Assembly (NCBI GenBank): GCA_043801855.1
Contig: JAZDLQ010000070.1
Coordinates: 599 to 64,598, forward strand
Length of the DNA stretch: 64,000 bases
Direction of reading: 5' to 3'
Source: an archaeon
Lineage (GTDB): Archaea > Nanobdellota > Nanobdellia > Woesearchaeales > GW2011-AR15
Shown: positions 8,306 through 18,486 of the stretch, in pieces
Layout of the letters: each line of letters opens with the position of its first letter
Position numbering within the stretch: the stretch's first letter is position 1
Notes under the pieces: generated by a model
Database searches by the model: none
The model's input: the letters and a program-made list of their open reading frames with translations, nothing else
What the model was told of the DNA's origin: nothing
Program-made: the position numbers and the translations under genes

Positions 8306-11300
8306 ATGATGCAGCCACATTCTCCGGAAATGAAAAAATATTTTGATGAAATAGAGGCAACACTTTCTAAAGAATATAAAATTTGCACAACAGCGAGGCA
8401 AAAAGGATATGATCCAGATATTGTGGTTGATATTCCTCTTGCAAAAGGAATCTCAGAAAGGGTTGAGGGTCTTGTTAGTGCATCGGTTCCTGTTGTTCTT
8501 GGAAGCGGAATAGCAAAGAGAATTGAAAAACTAGAGATTGAATACGGCAATCTAGACTGGAGAGTAGCATTAAAAATTGCAGAAGAGGTTGCAAAAGAAA
8601 AATTTTGTAAATTTGAATCAAAATTAAAAGCAATGGAAACAGGAATAAGGGTTGGTCTGGCATACATCACGCTAGGTGTAATTTCTGCACCACTTGAAGG
8701 ATTTATCGAATTAAAGCTTAAGAAAACAAAAGAAGGTCTTGATTATTTTTCAGTTCTATACGCCGGCCCAATAAGGGCAGCAGGAGGAACAGCTGCTGCG
8801 GTTTCATTAATTATTTCTGATTTTGTAAGAATTAAAATGGGTTATGCAAAATATGACCCAACAGAAGAAGAAATAAAAAGAGACATTACAGAAGTAAGAG
8901 ACTACCATGAGAGAGTATCAAATCTTCAGTACTTACCTTCAGAAGAAGAAATTGATTTTCTGATAAGGCATTGCCCTGTTGAAATTAACGGAGACCCAAC
9001 AGAAGAAAAAGAAGTATCTAATTACAAAGATCTTCCAAGAATTGAATCAAACAGGATAAGAGGAGGTCTTTGTCTTGTTCTTTGCGAAGGCTTAGCCCAA
9101 AAAGCACCTAAGCTTTACAAGCAGGTTGCAAAATGGGGAGATGCTGTTGGGCTTGAATGGGGATTTTTGAAAGAATTTTTAGAAATACAAAAAAGAATTA
9201 AGGCAAAACTAAAAAAAAAAGAAACAAGCACCCTGCAGCTTTCTCCAAACTATACTTACATTAAAGATCTTGTTGCAGGAAGGCCAATTTTATCGCACCC
9301 AATGAAAATCGGAGGATTCAGGCTAAGGTATGGCAGATCGAGACACACAGGGTTTGCAGCAGCAGCAATACACCCAGCGACAATGGTTGTTTTAGATGAT
9401 TATATTGCAGTCGGAACTCAATTAAAAATAGAGCGCCCTGGAAAAGCAGCCGCAATAGTTTCATGTGACACAATAGACGGACCAATTGTTAAGTTAAAGT
9501 CCGGAGATATAATAAAACTGTCGTCAAAACAAGAGGCTAAACAGCACATAAAAGAAATATCTAAAATATTATTTCTTGGCGATATTCTGATTAATTATGG
9601 TGATTTTTCAGAAAATGGTCATAAGTTAGTTCCTGCTGGCTATTGTAGAGAGTGGTGGGCAAAAGAACTTGAAAAAGCAATTGTTGGGCTATTTGGTACT
9701 ATCGACAATGAGAAAATTCTTTCCTTATTCGGTGAAGAGATATCTGATATAATTATTTCAAGCATTAAAGATCCTCTAAAAGCAAAAATAAATGTGCATG
9801 TATCAAAGATAATATCAAAAAAACTTACAATTCCAATTCACCCAGATTACACTTATTATTGGAACAACGCGTCACCAAAAGAAGTAATCTCTCTAGCAAA
9901 ATGGATAAGAAGCGCCAGTATTCAAAGTGAAGAAAATAAGATTATCAAGTTAGTCATTCCTTTTTCTAAGCAAAAGGAAATTCTGGAAAGAGTTGGCGTT
10001 CCGCATTTGTTTGTAAACAATGAATTTATTGTTATTGAAAAGGACAATGCAGCAACTCTATATTCTATGTTTATAGAAAGCGACATATACGCATCCCAGG
10101 ATGTGACAGATGAAAAAATCTCTACTGTTGAATTTTTAAATTCATCGCTTCCGTTTATTATTAGGGACAAATGCGGAACCTTTATTGGTGCCAGAATGGG
10201 GAGGCCAGAGAAAGCAAAAATGAGAAAATTAACTGGTAGCCCTCACCTTCTTTTTCCTGTTGGTGAAGAAGGAGGAAGACTTCGTTGCATCCAATCTGCG
10301 CTTGATGCAGGAAAAATAACAGCAGACTTGCCAATTTACTATTGTGCTAAATGCAACAAAAAGACAATTTTTTCAGTTTGCGAAATGTGTGATGAAAAAA
10401 CCGTAAAGCAATATTTTTGCAAAAAATGTGGAGATATAAGTAAGCCATGTGTGCACGATTATACACATTATAAAAGACAGGAGATTGACATTAATTATTA
10501 TTTTACAAAAGCGCTTGCAAAAACAAAAACAAAAATTTTTGCTGATTTAATAAAAGGAGTAAAAGGTACAAGCAATAAAGATCATGTACCAGAAAATCTT
10601 GTTAAGGGAATATTAAGAGCAAAACACGGAGTGTTTGTAAATAAAGATGGGACGACAAGATATGATATGATTGAGCTTCCAATAACACATTTTAAGCCAA
10701 AGGAGACCCAAACACCAATAGAAAAGCTAATAACGCTCGGTTACAAAAAAGACATATATGGCAGCAGCCTTATTTCTGATGAACAGGTACTTGAGATTAA
10801 GCCTCAGGACATGATTTTGCCTGATTGCCCGGACTCTCCAGACGAGCACTGCGGCGATGTTCTTTTTAATGTCGCAAATTTTATTGACGACCTTCTTGTA
10901 AATTTATATGGGCTTGAGCCATACTATAATTTAAAATCAAAAGAGGAGCTTGTTGGCCATTATGTCATTGGTCTTGCGCCGCATACATCTGCTGGAACAG
11001 TAGGAAGAATTATTGGTTTTTCAAAAACGCAAGGGATGTTTACACACCCCCTATTTCACGCTGCCATGAGGAGAAATTGCGATGGAGACGAGGCATGTGT
11101 TATTATGCTAATGGATGCGCTTTTAAATTTTTCAAGGTCATTTTTACCTGATAAAAGAGGTTCAAGAACAATGGATGCACCGCTTGTTCTTACATCAATT
11201 CTTGTTCCAACAGAAGTAGACGATGAAGTTCATGGGCTTGATATAGTTTCAGCGTATCCGCTTGAGCTTTATGAAGCAGCAATATTATACAAAAACCCAT

Positions 11301-11830
11301 GGGATGTAAAAGTTTTTCAGATAGATCATTTTTTAGGGACGCCAAGGCAATATGAAAAGATGATGTACACACACGATACATCAAGCATAAATCTTGGAGT
11401 TATGTGCTCGGCATATAAGACACTCCCAAGCATGGAGGAAAAGTTAATGGGTCAGATGGCGCTTGCTGAAAAGATTTCTGCTGTTGATGAATCTGATGTT
11501 GCACGTCTTGTGATAGAAAAGCATTTTTTGAGGGATATAAAAGGCAATTTAAGAAAATATTCAACACAGCAGTTTAGATGTGTTAAATGCAATGCTAAAT
11601 TTAGACGCCCACCTCTATCAGGAAAATGCACAAATTGCCAGGGAAAAATAATTTTTACAATATCAAAAGGCTCAATAATAAAATACCTTGAGCCAAGCCT
11701 TTCAATTGCAAAAAAATACGGAGTTCCAGCATATCTTTCACAAACACTGGAATTAACTAAAAGAAGGATTGATTCTGTTCTCGGAAAAGAAAAAGAAGTC
11801 CAGGAAGGATTAGGGAGATGGTTTGGGTAA
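8306..11830 (+). CDS. polC: DNA polymerase II (PolD) large subunit DP2
   Basis: 1174 aa with Cys clusters (CAKCNKK..CEMC, CVKCNAKF..CTNCQG) and conserved PolD catalytic-core blocks. It starts one nt after the DP1 stop. No intein-sized insertion. Confidence 0.95.
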   Translation: MMQPHSPEMKKYFDEIEATLSKEYKICTTARQKGYDPDIVVDIPLAKGISERVEGLVSASVPVVLGSGIAKRIEKLEIEYGNLDWRVALKIAEEVAKEKFCKFESKLKAMETGIRVGLAYITLGVISAPLEGFIELKLKKTKEGLDYFSVLYAGPIRAAGGTAAAVSLIISDFVRIKMGYAKYDPTEEEIKRDITEVRDYHERVSNLQYLPSEEEIDFLIRHCPVEINGDPTEEKEVSNYKDLPRIESNRIRGGLCLVLCEGLAQKAPKLYKQVAKWGDAVGLEWGFLKEFLEIQKRIKAKLKKKETSTLQLSPNYTYIKDLVAGRPILSHPMKIGGFRLRYGRSRHTGFAAAAIHPATMVVLDDYIAVGTQLKIERPGKAAAIVSCDTIDGPIVKLKSGDIIKLSSKQEAKQHIKEISKILFLGDILINYGDFSENGHKLVPAGYCREWWAKELEKAIVGLFGTIDNEKILSLFGEEISDIIISSIKDPLKAKINVHVSKIISKKLTIPIHPDYTYYWNNASPKEVISLAKWIRSASIQSEENKIIKLVIPFSKQKEILERVGVPHLFVNNEFIVIEKDNAATLYSMFIESDIYASQDVTDEKISTVEFLNSSLPFIIRDKCGTFIGARMGRPEKAKMRKLTGSPHLLFPVGEEGGRLRCIQSALDAGKITADLPIYYCAKCNKKTIFSVCEMCDEKTVKQYFCKKCGDISKPCVHDYTHYKRQEIDINYYFTKALAKTKTKIFADLIKGVKGTSNKDHVPENLVKGILRAKHGVFVNKDGTTRYDMIELPITHFKPKETQTPIEKLITLGYKKDIYGSSLISDEQVLEIKPQDMILPDCPDSPDEHCGDVLFNVANFIDDLLVNLYGLEPYYNLKSKEELVGHYVIGLAPHTSAGTVGRIIGFSKTQGMFTHPLFHAAMRRNCDGDEACVIMLMDALLNFSRSFLPDKRGSRTMDAPLVLTSILVPTEVDDEVHGLDIVSAYPLELYEAAILYKNPWDVKVFQIDHFLGTPRQYEKMMYTHDTSSINLGVMCSAYKTLPSMEEKLMGQMALAEKISAVDESDVARLVIEKHFLRDIKGNLRKYSTQQFRCVKCNAKFRRPPLSGKCTNCQGKIIFTISKGSIIKYLEPSLSIAKKYGVPAYLSQTLELTKRRIDSVLGKEKEVQEGLGRWFG

Positions 11831-11884
11831 AGTATTTATACTAACATCACACTTAATAAAAACAAAATAAAATTAGGTGATTAA

Positions 11885-12625
11885 ATGAAAATGAAATTGA
11901 TTGTTTTATGCTTATTTTTAGTTCTGGTTTTAATTGGCTGCAATACCATTGAATCTAACAAAAAAGTAGAAAAAACAGATGAATTGGCCATTCAGGATGC
12001 AACAATTATGAAAGATTGTCAAAATATTACGAATAATCTCCTTAAGCAGAAATGTATTGGAAAAATAGGTTTGATAAAAGCGAATGGATTTGATGAATCA
12101 AATGGTGAAATTATTGTTTTTAGTTCTGGCATTTCAAACATTGTTAAAGAGGATCAGCCATTTGTTTTTGACGGTTATTTATTTCAGGCAAAGACCATTA
12201 ATAGAGATAACATTATTATAGCGATGAGTTGCGGGGAATCGTGTGGTTTTAGTTCAACAGTCAGAGAGGGGCAGGAACAAAAACATGAAGCTTACGATTT
12301 TTATTATATAATTAATACTATAAACTATTTTAATGGTGAAGTTAATTTGACGTTTTTCGCTTTGGAGCCAGTAAAATGGCAAAAGATTAAAGCATATTTT
12401 AAAGATAAAATTAACCTTGAACAAGGAGGATATTACGTTATTTATAACGGTGGTTCAGATACAGTGCATTTATATGGAAATTCTACAGACAGTTCAGAGC
12501 TTTCATGGTCATCGGCACGAGTAGGTCAAGAAATAAGAGACACCAAAATGAAAGTTATTGTTAAAATTGAAAAGATTAATTACCAAGAAAATTCAATAGA
12601 ATTATCAATCAGGGGAATTGAATAA
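11885..12625 (+). CDS. Hypothetical lipoprotein
   Basis: Signal peptide with LIGC lipobox and GGTGA RBS upstream. No recognisable domain. Confidence 0.5.
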   Translation: MKMKLIVLCLFLVLVLIGCNTIESNKKVEKTDELAIQDATIMKDCQNITNNLLKQKCIGKIGLIKANGFDESNGEIIVFSSGISNIVKEDQPFVFDGYLFQAKTINRDNIIIAMSCGESCGFSSTVREGQEQKHEAYDFYYIINTINYFNGEVNLTFFALEPVKWQKIKAYFKDKINLEQGGYYVIYNGGSDTVHLYGNSTDSSELSWSSARVGQEIRDTKMKVIVKIEKINYQENSIELSIRGIE

Positions 12626-12626
12626 T

Positions 12627-13028
12627 CTACCCATTTATAGGATACTTTGCGCCGCATGCAGCACAGTTGATAAAAGAAACCCTTTCTGATTTTGTGAGTT
12701 TGGTGTCTGGTCTTTTACATTCCTTGCATATTACAAAAAGAATAGCATACTGTTCAATCTTTTGGTTAATTCGCTCAGCAGAAATCTTACTGCCTATTAT
12801 TACTAAGTTTTTTGAAAATTCCCCTGGAGTTGCAAGCTCTTTTAAAATGTATTTTAAAACCTGTTCTGGCTCTCTTCTTAAGCTTTCGGTAATTTGTTGG
12901 AAATTAGAGATTATTGTTTTATTGCCTTGCAAATGGCCCCTTACTTTAGGTATAGTAAATCTCTCTATTTTTAAAACAGATTCAGGAAGCTTATTCCTGC
13001 CGCGCCCAAGCATTTCTTTATAATCCAT
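12627..13028 (-). CDS. eif2b: Translation initiation factor aIF-2 beta subunit
   Basis: eIF2-beta/eIF5 core plus C-terminal zinc ribbon CKECKRPDT...CAACGA. Confidence 0.9.
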   Translation of the reverse strand: MDYKEMLGRGRNKLPESVLKIERFTIPKVRGHLQGNKTIISNFQQITESLRREPEQVLKYILKELATPGEFSKNLVIIGSKISAERINQKIEQYAILFVICKECKRPDTKLTKSERVSFINCAACGAKYPING

Positions 13029-13115
13029 TAAAGCCTTAGGAAAAGTAAGGCATATTTAAAAGTATAGCAAAAGATTGAGGAAAATTTATATATCTCTACT
13101 TTATATAAAAACAAA

Positions 13116-13985
13116 ATGGTTATTGAATCCTTAATAAATCCGTTTAGGGCAGAGCAACACCCCAAAAGGATGTTTTTTATTGGTTTTTTGTATGCATCAG
13201 TAGCAATCTTCCTTTCTCTTTGGATTTTTAACGAGCAAGCATCAATGGTACTTGTTTTTTTAATTACAATGGCAGCAGTTCCTCTTATATATAATACAAT
13301 AAAATATGAAGAAAAAAAGGATTTGTCATTTCTATCAGAAAAGTCGATTCTTAAAGAGCACGGCAGAGCGCTTTCTTTTTTTTTGTTTTTGTTTATAGGA
13401 ATTACACTTGCCTGTGCTTTTTGGTATGTGGTTTTGCCTTCAGAAATAATAGGTCCGCTTTTTAAAGCTCAGACACAAACAATAATTCAAGTTAATTCTA
13501 ATGTTACAGGATTTTCTATAGGCTCACTAGGTGTTTTCACAAAAATATTGTTTAACAATTTGAAAGTTTTGATTTTTTGCATCCTCTTTTCATTTCTTTA
13601 TGGTGTCGGTTCAATATTTATTCTTGTATGGAATGCATCGATAATTGGGGTTGCAATAGGAAACACGATAAGAACAGAGTTGTATGCAATTTCACAGCTT
13701 GCTGGGCTCTCTTTTATTTCTGCATATTCTAAAGTAATTTCTTTTGGGCTTTTTAGGTATGTTATACACGGAATTCCTGAAATTTTATCTTATTTTGTTG
13801 CTGGACTTGCAGGAGGAATTATTTCAATAGCAGTAATAAGACACGATTTTGGAACAAGAAGCTATGAAAAAATTCTTGTGGATTCTTCTGTTTTAATATT
13901 GCTTAGCCTACTTTTGGTTGTATTTTCAGCATTTTTAGAAGTATATGTAACACCAAATATTATTTGTACATTATATACTTGCTAG
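13116..13985 (+). CDS. SpoIIM-like (DUF95) integral membrane protein
   Basis: Polytopic membrane protein. The block NNLKVLIFCILFSFLYGVGSIFILVWNASIIG resembles the stage II sporulation protein M family. Confidence 0.55.
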   Translation: MVIESLINPFRAEQHPKRMFFIGFLYASVAIFLSLWIFNEQASMVLVFLITMAAVPLIYNTIKYEEKKDLSFLSEKSILKEHGRALSFFLFLFIGITLACAFWYVVLPSEIIGPLFKAQTQTIIQVNSNVTGFSIGSLGVFTKILFNNLKVLIFCILFSFLYGVGSIFILVWNASIIGVAIGNTIRTELYAISQLAGLSFISAYSKVISFGLFRYVIHGIPEILSYFVAGLAGGIISIAVIRHDFGTRSYEKILVDSSVLILLSLLLVVFSAFLEVYVTPNIICTLYTC

Positions 13986-13989
13986 AAAA

Positions 13990-14619
13990 TTACTCAAGAC
14001 ATTTAATTCTGCCAGGAAGATTTTCGAATACATCTCCTTCCTCGATTAACATTTTAATTATCTGATCCGCCTTTTGGCTTTTCATTTCTAATATAATTTT
14101 ATCATAATCTGCGCCATTTCCTTTATCGTGTAGTTTAATTAGAGAAATTGCCTTATCATAAAGGTTCTCTTTAGATGCTTCTTTTTCTGCAACAGTGATT
14201 TTTTCCTGGATTTTATTGCTAATTGATGTTATATTTGTGTCTTTTTGCGACAGTTCGAGCTTTCGGACATCAAGCCAGCGTTTGTTCTCTATTTTTTTAA
14301 TTATTTCAGGGACAAGATATATTTCGTTATTCCATTCACGTATCATTCCTATAATAAGTAAAAGATTTCCAATTTCAATTTTATCAACTAATCCAAAAGG
14401 AAGTTCAAAAACCCTTACTTGGAGGCTTCCAGTTCCATCATCGATACTTAAAAAAGATTCCTCTTTTGAAACAAGAATTCCAATTAGATTTACGCGCGAG
14501 ATTGTTTTGTTATCTGAATTAAGGTAGCTTCTCTCCCAACCAGATTTCTTTACATAATCCCCGTTTACTATGTCGCATATCTGAACTTTATACGCTGTAA
14601 GCCTAGAGTGCGGTTCCAT
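13990..14619 (-). CDS. OB-fold RPA32/Stn1-like ssDNA-binding protein with C-terminal winged helix
   Basis: VNLIGILVSKEESFLSIDDGTGSLQVRVF is the OB pattern of RPA32/Stn1. Immediately downstream of mcm. ATG 14619 (MEPHS...) chosen because it avoids overlap with mcm; the alternative is 14655. Confidence 0.55.
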   Translation of the reverse strand: MEPHSRLTAYKVQICDIVNGDYVKKSGWERSYLNSDNKTISRVNLIGILVSKEESFLSIDDGTGSLQVRVFELPFGLVDKIEIGNLLLIIGMIREWNNEIYLVPEIIKKIENKRWLDVRKLELSQKDTNITSISNKIQEKITVAEKEASKENLYDKAISLIKLHDKGNGADYDKIILEMKSQKADQIIKMLIEEGDVFENLPGRIKCLE

Positions 14620-14620
14620 T

Positions 14621-16642
14621 TTAGATTCTTTGTATATGGCCTCTCTTTGGCTCAAATATGTCTCCAGACCGTTTTAGCTTGTCAATTGCCTCAATTACTT
14701 TTCCCTCACTGATATTTTTTGCAGTACAGTCAACAATCAACTCTTCAATAGGAATAATCTGGCCAAATTTAGCTTCAAGAGAGCCGATTGCTTCCCTTAC
14801 TATTGCAATATTGCTTCTTTCGGATGCAGGGATTCCTGTTGATATTCTGTCAATATCTATTTTTCCTGTTGCTGGGTCAACTCCAATCTGTGACAAACAA
14901 TAATGCACAATAGAAATTGCCTGTTTAGCGTCATCTCTTGATATGGTATTTGATAGTTTAACCTTAGCCGATGCTTCAGATAGTCTGATTAATGCTTCAA
15001 GCTGTCTTGCTGAAATTGGAATTGCTTTAACACCGCCGTCTTCAGTTGAGCCGCTTGTTCTCATCTGTACGTAATACTCTTTTATTTCATCAAATGCTTC
15101 TTGAGTTAGCTCTGGAAAGCAATGCTGTCTTGCATAAGCAAAATATTTTTTTAGAGTTTTACTATCAATTTCCGGCTCTAGAAACAGCGGATCTTTATGG
15201 AGACTAAGAATAAATGATGCCATCTGCCCATCTCTGGCTTTATCTGGCAAATCTTTTATAGGAAATATAAGGTCAAACCTATTGATTAATGTTGGAGGAA
15301 GATCAATTTGTTTAGCAATGACTTCATACTGGTCAAACCTTCCAAATTTAGGGTTTGCTGCAGCAAGAACTGTTGTTTCAGATCTTAATGTGGCTTGGAT
15401 ATTTGCTTTTGATATTGTTACTGTTTGCTGCTCAAGAGCCTCATGCATTGCGCTTCTGTCCTCTTTACTCATCTTGTCAAGTTCGTCAATGCAGCATATT
15501 CCTCTGTTTGTTAGAACTAATGCTCCTGCTTCAAGCGCAAACCCTCTGATAAATTCATCTTTGACAACAGATGCAGTAAGTCCCGCACCTGACGCACCTT
15601 TACCACTTACATATCTTCCTTTTGGGACAACAATACTTATTCGTTTTAGAAGCTGTGATTTTCCTGCTCCCGGATCTCCTATTAATAAAACGTGAATATC
15701 TCCCCTTGTTACGTTGCCATTTTCTCGTACCTTACGAACGCCGCCAAGCGCCTGCAAGACAAGAGCAGTCTTAATTTTTTCGTGGCCATAGATACCTGGC
15801 GCAATTGATTTTTCAAGGAGGTTTAGGGTATCTGGCCTTGATGCAATATCTTTAATTTTTTTTTCTTCTTCTTCACTAATCTTAATTTCAATAAAATCTT
15901 CTTCAACAGGCTCGACATAGTTTGCTTCAAGCATTATATCAAATCTTGTTAATTTGCCGCCCTCTTTTGCAGGAATTGGAACTTCTTTTAGTATTCCGTT
16001 AATAATTAGTTTACTTCCCGGGTTGCTGCGTTTTTCGCTGATTGGAGAAACAAGATCACTTTTCAAAAAAACATCAAGCCTTTTTGGCTGCTCGCTTCCA
16101 TCAAGGTCTTCTGGGGATTCTTCAAGTACAATTTTTTGGGCGTCAACAAGTTCTTTACTAACCTCTCTGAATTTTCCTTTTCTTCCGCATCCGCATCTTG
16201 AAGGCTCTTTAAACCTTGAATCTAATTGCAGTACAGTAATAATATTTCCACAGCTAGGGCACTCAAATCTTGCACTAGTTACTTGCGGCCTTACGTCTGA
16301 TTTTTGCCTGACAATTCCTTTTATTGAGATGAACTTATTTAGATGGATACTTCGTACGTGCCTTATCATATATTTCTGGGTTTCTGATAGTTCTTTAAAC
16401 CTTATTTTGAAATTTTTAACCTCTTTTTCAAGTTCAAATTGCTCAATTGCAAGTTCAGCTGCTCTGATTGTTTCTTCAGGAGATTCAATAAGTTCATCAG
16501 CAAGGTCTGGCGCAAATTTAGTTAGTTCGTTAAAGGAAACAATAAGAAAAGCCTCTCCTTTTCTTACTTTCTCTGCAATTTCTTTATAGTAATAAGAATC
16601 AAAAAATTCAGTAAACTTTTTTATTACAGCAGTCGCGTCCAT
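14621..16642 (-). CDS. mcm: MCM replicative helicase
   Basis: N-terminal Zn motif CPSCGN...CGCG, Walker A GDPGAGKS, Walker B CCIDELDKM, arginine finger NRFDLIF, C-terminal wH. Confidence 0.95.
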   Translation of the reverse strand: MDATAVIKKFTEFFDSYYYKEIAEKVRKGEAFLIVSFNELTKFAPDLADELIESPEETIRAAELAIEQFELEKEVKNFKIRFKELSETQKYMIRHVRSIHLNKFISIKGIVRQKSDVRPQVTSARFECPSCGNIITVLQLDSRFKEPSRCGCGRKGKFREVSKELVDAQKIVLEESPEDLDGSEQPKRLDVFLKSDLVSPISEKRSNPGSKLIINGILKEVPIPAKEGGKLTRFDIMLEANYVEPVEEDFIEIKISEEEEKKIKDIASRPDTLNLLEKSIAPGIYGHEKIKTALVLQALGGVRKVRENGNVTRGDIHVLLIGDPGAGKSQLLKRISIVVPKGRYVSGKGASGAGLTASVVKDEFIRGFALEAGALVLTNRGICCIDELDKMSKEDRSAMHEALEQQTVTISKANIQATLRSETTVLAAANPKFGRFDQYEVIAKQIDLPPTLINRFDLIFPIKDLPDKARDGQMASFILSLHKDPLFLEPEIDSKTLKKYFAYARQHCFPELTQEAFDEIKEYYVQMRTSGSTEDGGVKAIPISARQLEALIRLSEASAKVKLSNTISRDDAKQAISIVHYCLSQIGVDPATGKIDIDRISTGIPASERSNIAIVREAIGSLEAKFGQIIPIEELIVDCTAKNISEGKVIEAIDKLKRSGDIFEPKRGHIQRI

Positions 16643-16701
16643 TTTCTATTTTACAGCATTCACAAGTCTTATCCAAAAAGGAAAAGTAAGAAAATAAAAA
16701 C

Positions 16702-17283
16702 TTATTGCACTTTTTTTAGGTTAATTATTAATTTGTCGAGTGCCGCATCGACTTCCTGCTCGCTTTTTGTTCCTGTGCAAACTATTTTTCCGTTTGAGAA
16801 AAGCAGGAATGTTGCCTTAGCTTCGTTAAGCTTGTATACTAGACCGGGAAACTGTTCTGGTTCGTATTCTGTGTTTTCAAGTTTCATTGCAAGGACATTT
16901 AGATTTAAGTCCATGCCAACGCTTCCTGATGCTACAATATTTTGTATATTGATTTTAGGTTTGATCTTAATCTCAATTCCGATTTTTTTAAGGCTTTTAA
17001 TGATTTTATCGATTGATTGTTCAACCTTTTCCATGGATCTTGCGCCGGTGCAAACAACTTTTCCTGAAGAGAAGATAAGTGCTGAAGTTTTTGGCTCTTT
17101 TATTCTTATAACAAGGCCCGGAAACTGCTCTGGATTATATTCAGTATTACTTAATGTTGCAGCCATTTTTTCCAATGGAATATCATGCTCAAGGCTTGTA
17201 GAGACGACAATATTTACAACCTCAATAGTTCTTTTCCCAATATTTTTCCCTGTATTTACAACCTCAATATTTTTTTTCGGCAA
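16702..17283 (-). CDS. tbp: TATA-box binding protein
   Basis: Two TBP repeats (EQFPGLVIRIKEPKTSALIFSSGKVVCTG and EQFPGLVYKLNEAKATFLLFSNGKIVCTG). Confidence 0.95.
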   Translation of the reverse strand: MPKKNIEVVNTGKNIGKRTIEVVNIVVSTSLEHDIPLEKMAATLSNTEYNPEQFPGLVIRIKEPKTSALIFSSGKVVCTGARSMEKVEQSIDKIIKSLKKIGIEIKIKPKINIQNIVASGSVGMDLNLNVLAMKLENTEYEPEQFPGLVYKLNEAKATFLLFSNGKIVCTGTKSEQEVDAALDKLIINLKKVQ

Positions 17284-17381
17284 ATTTAAACACCCCCGTT
17301 TGATTTATAAGTATTTATAAAGAAAAGAGTGCCTTATTTATAAATTTATTTATAAATGGCGTCTTTTTCTTTCTCTATAAG

Positions 17382-18281
17382 TTGGTTAATTTTTTAAATG
17401 AATGTTTTTTAGCAAAATATGTGGTTTTAATAATTATTCGATGTGCTGAAATAGCAACTAAAGGGAAAAACAGGAAAAATTTTGAGGATATGTTGCTGAA
17501 AAATATTCGCCTGATGCTAAAAGTAAACTCCATAAATGAGTATGAACTTAAAAAATCGCGCGGAAGAATACTACTCTTTTTAGAGAACATTACTGAAAAG
17601 ATAGTGCTTTTAAAAAAAATATTTGGCATTTGTTCATATAGTGTTGCTAAAGAGACAAAGCAGGATATATCCTTTATTAAAGAAGAGGTACTATCTCTTT
17701 CAAATGATTTTACAGAAGAAACCAAATTTAGGGTGACCGCAAAAAGAACGGATAAATCTTTTGCGCTTGATTCCGTAGAAATAAATAAGATAATCGTTGA
17801 GTTTATTGTTAGCACAACAAAGGCAAAAGTTTCCCTTGTTAATTATGATATACAAATATTTATTGAGTTATTTGGCGGGAAAGCTTATATTTATAACAAA
17901 ATTGAGCAGTGTTACGGCGGTTTGCCTGTCGGAATACAGGGAAGAGTTGGCGTATTAATAAAAAAAGATAGCTTAAATCTATGCCTTCTAAATTCAATTC
18001 TCTTAATGAAACGCGGATGTGAAATAATACCAATAGGTGATGAATGTGCAGATATAAGTGTTTTGAATGATTATTTTCATAAGCTTAAGTTATATACAAA
18101 ACCAGCAAAAAGCGACTTAGAAATAAAATTTCAAATGGAAAAATACTATACTATTTCAATTGCTCTTCCCTTTACTTCTGATAATATTAAAAAAGAGCTA
18201 GGAATTAATGGTTTGCAGCTATCGCCGCTTGTGGGATATACAAATGCAGAGATTAAGATAATGGAGGGAAAATATCTATGA
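17382..18281 (+). CDS. ThiI-like THUMP-domain protein with degenerate PP-loop
   Basis: N-terminus IIIRCAEIATKGKNRKNF matches the ThiI ferredoxin-like/THUMP start. GGLPVGIQGRVGVL is followed by IKKDSL where ThiI has SGGIDS. TTG start; GTG 17421 is the alternative. Confidence 0.65.
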   Translation: MVNFLNECFLAKYVVLIIIRCAEIATKGKNRKNFEDMLLKNIRLMLKVNSINEYELKKSRGRILLFLENITEKIVLLKKIFGICSYSVAKETKQDISFIKEEVLSLSNDFTEETKFRVTAKRTDKSFALDSVEINKIIVEFIVSTTKAKVSLVNYDIQIFIELFGGKAYIYNKIEQCYGGLPVGIQGRVGVLIKKDSLNLCLLNSILLMKRGCEIIPIGDECADISVLNDYFHKLKLYTKPAKSDLEIKFQMEKYYTISIALPFTSDNIKKELGINGLQLSPLVGYTNAEIKIMEGKYL

Positions 18282-18469
18282 TACTAAAAATTCAAAGTGA
18301 TAAGCCAAAGAAAATTAAATTTAACGGAAAAGTAAAAAAATTATTTAATAGTCAGTCACTTAATAAAAATATATATCTTGCAGTGAGAAATGGCGAACTA
18401 TTAACAGAAGAAGATACTCTAAAAAATACAGATGAAATTGAGTTACTAAAAATAATCAGTGGCGGATAA
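18278..18469 (+). CDS. ThiS/MoaD/TtuB-like ubiquitin-fold sulfur-carrier protein
   Basis: 63 aa ending ...KIISGG-stop (C-terminal Gly-Gly). ATGA-coupled to the upstream gene and located upstream of a TtuA-type gene. Confidence 0.6.
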   Translation: MILKIQSDKPKKIKFNGKVKKLFNSQSLNKNIYLAVRNGELLTEEDTLKNTDEIELLKIISGG

Positions 18470-18486
18470 ATTCTAATCCTATTAAA

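Noticed and set aside
12667-17320. Long antisense ORFs opposite conserved genes (for example 12667..13023 opposite aIF2-beta, 15954..16589 and 15282..15695 opposite mcm, 16733..17320 opposite tbp).
   Set aside because: They overlap genes with unambiguous motifs on the other strand. They have low-complexity Ser/Leu/Phe-rich composition and no RBS, so they are shadow ORFs.
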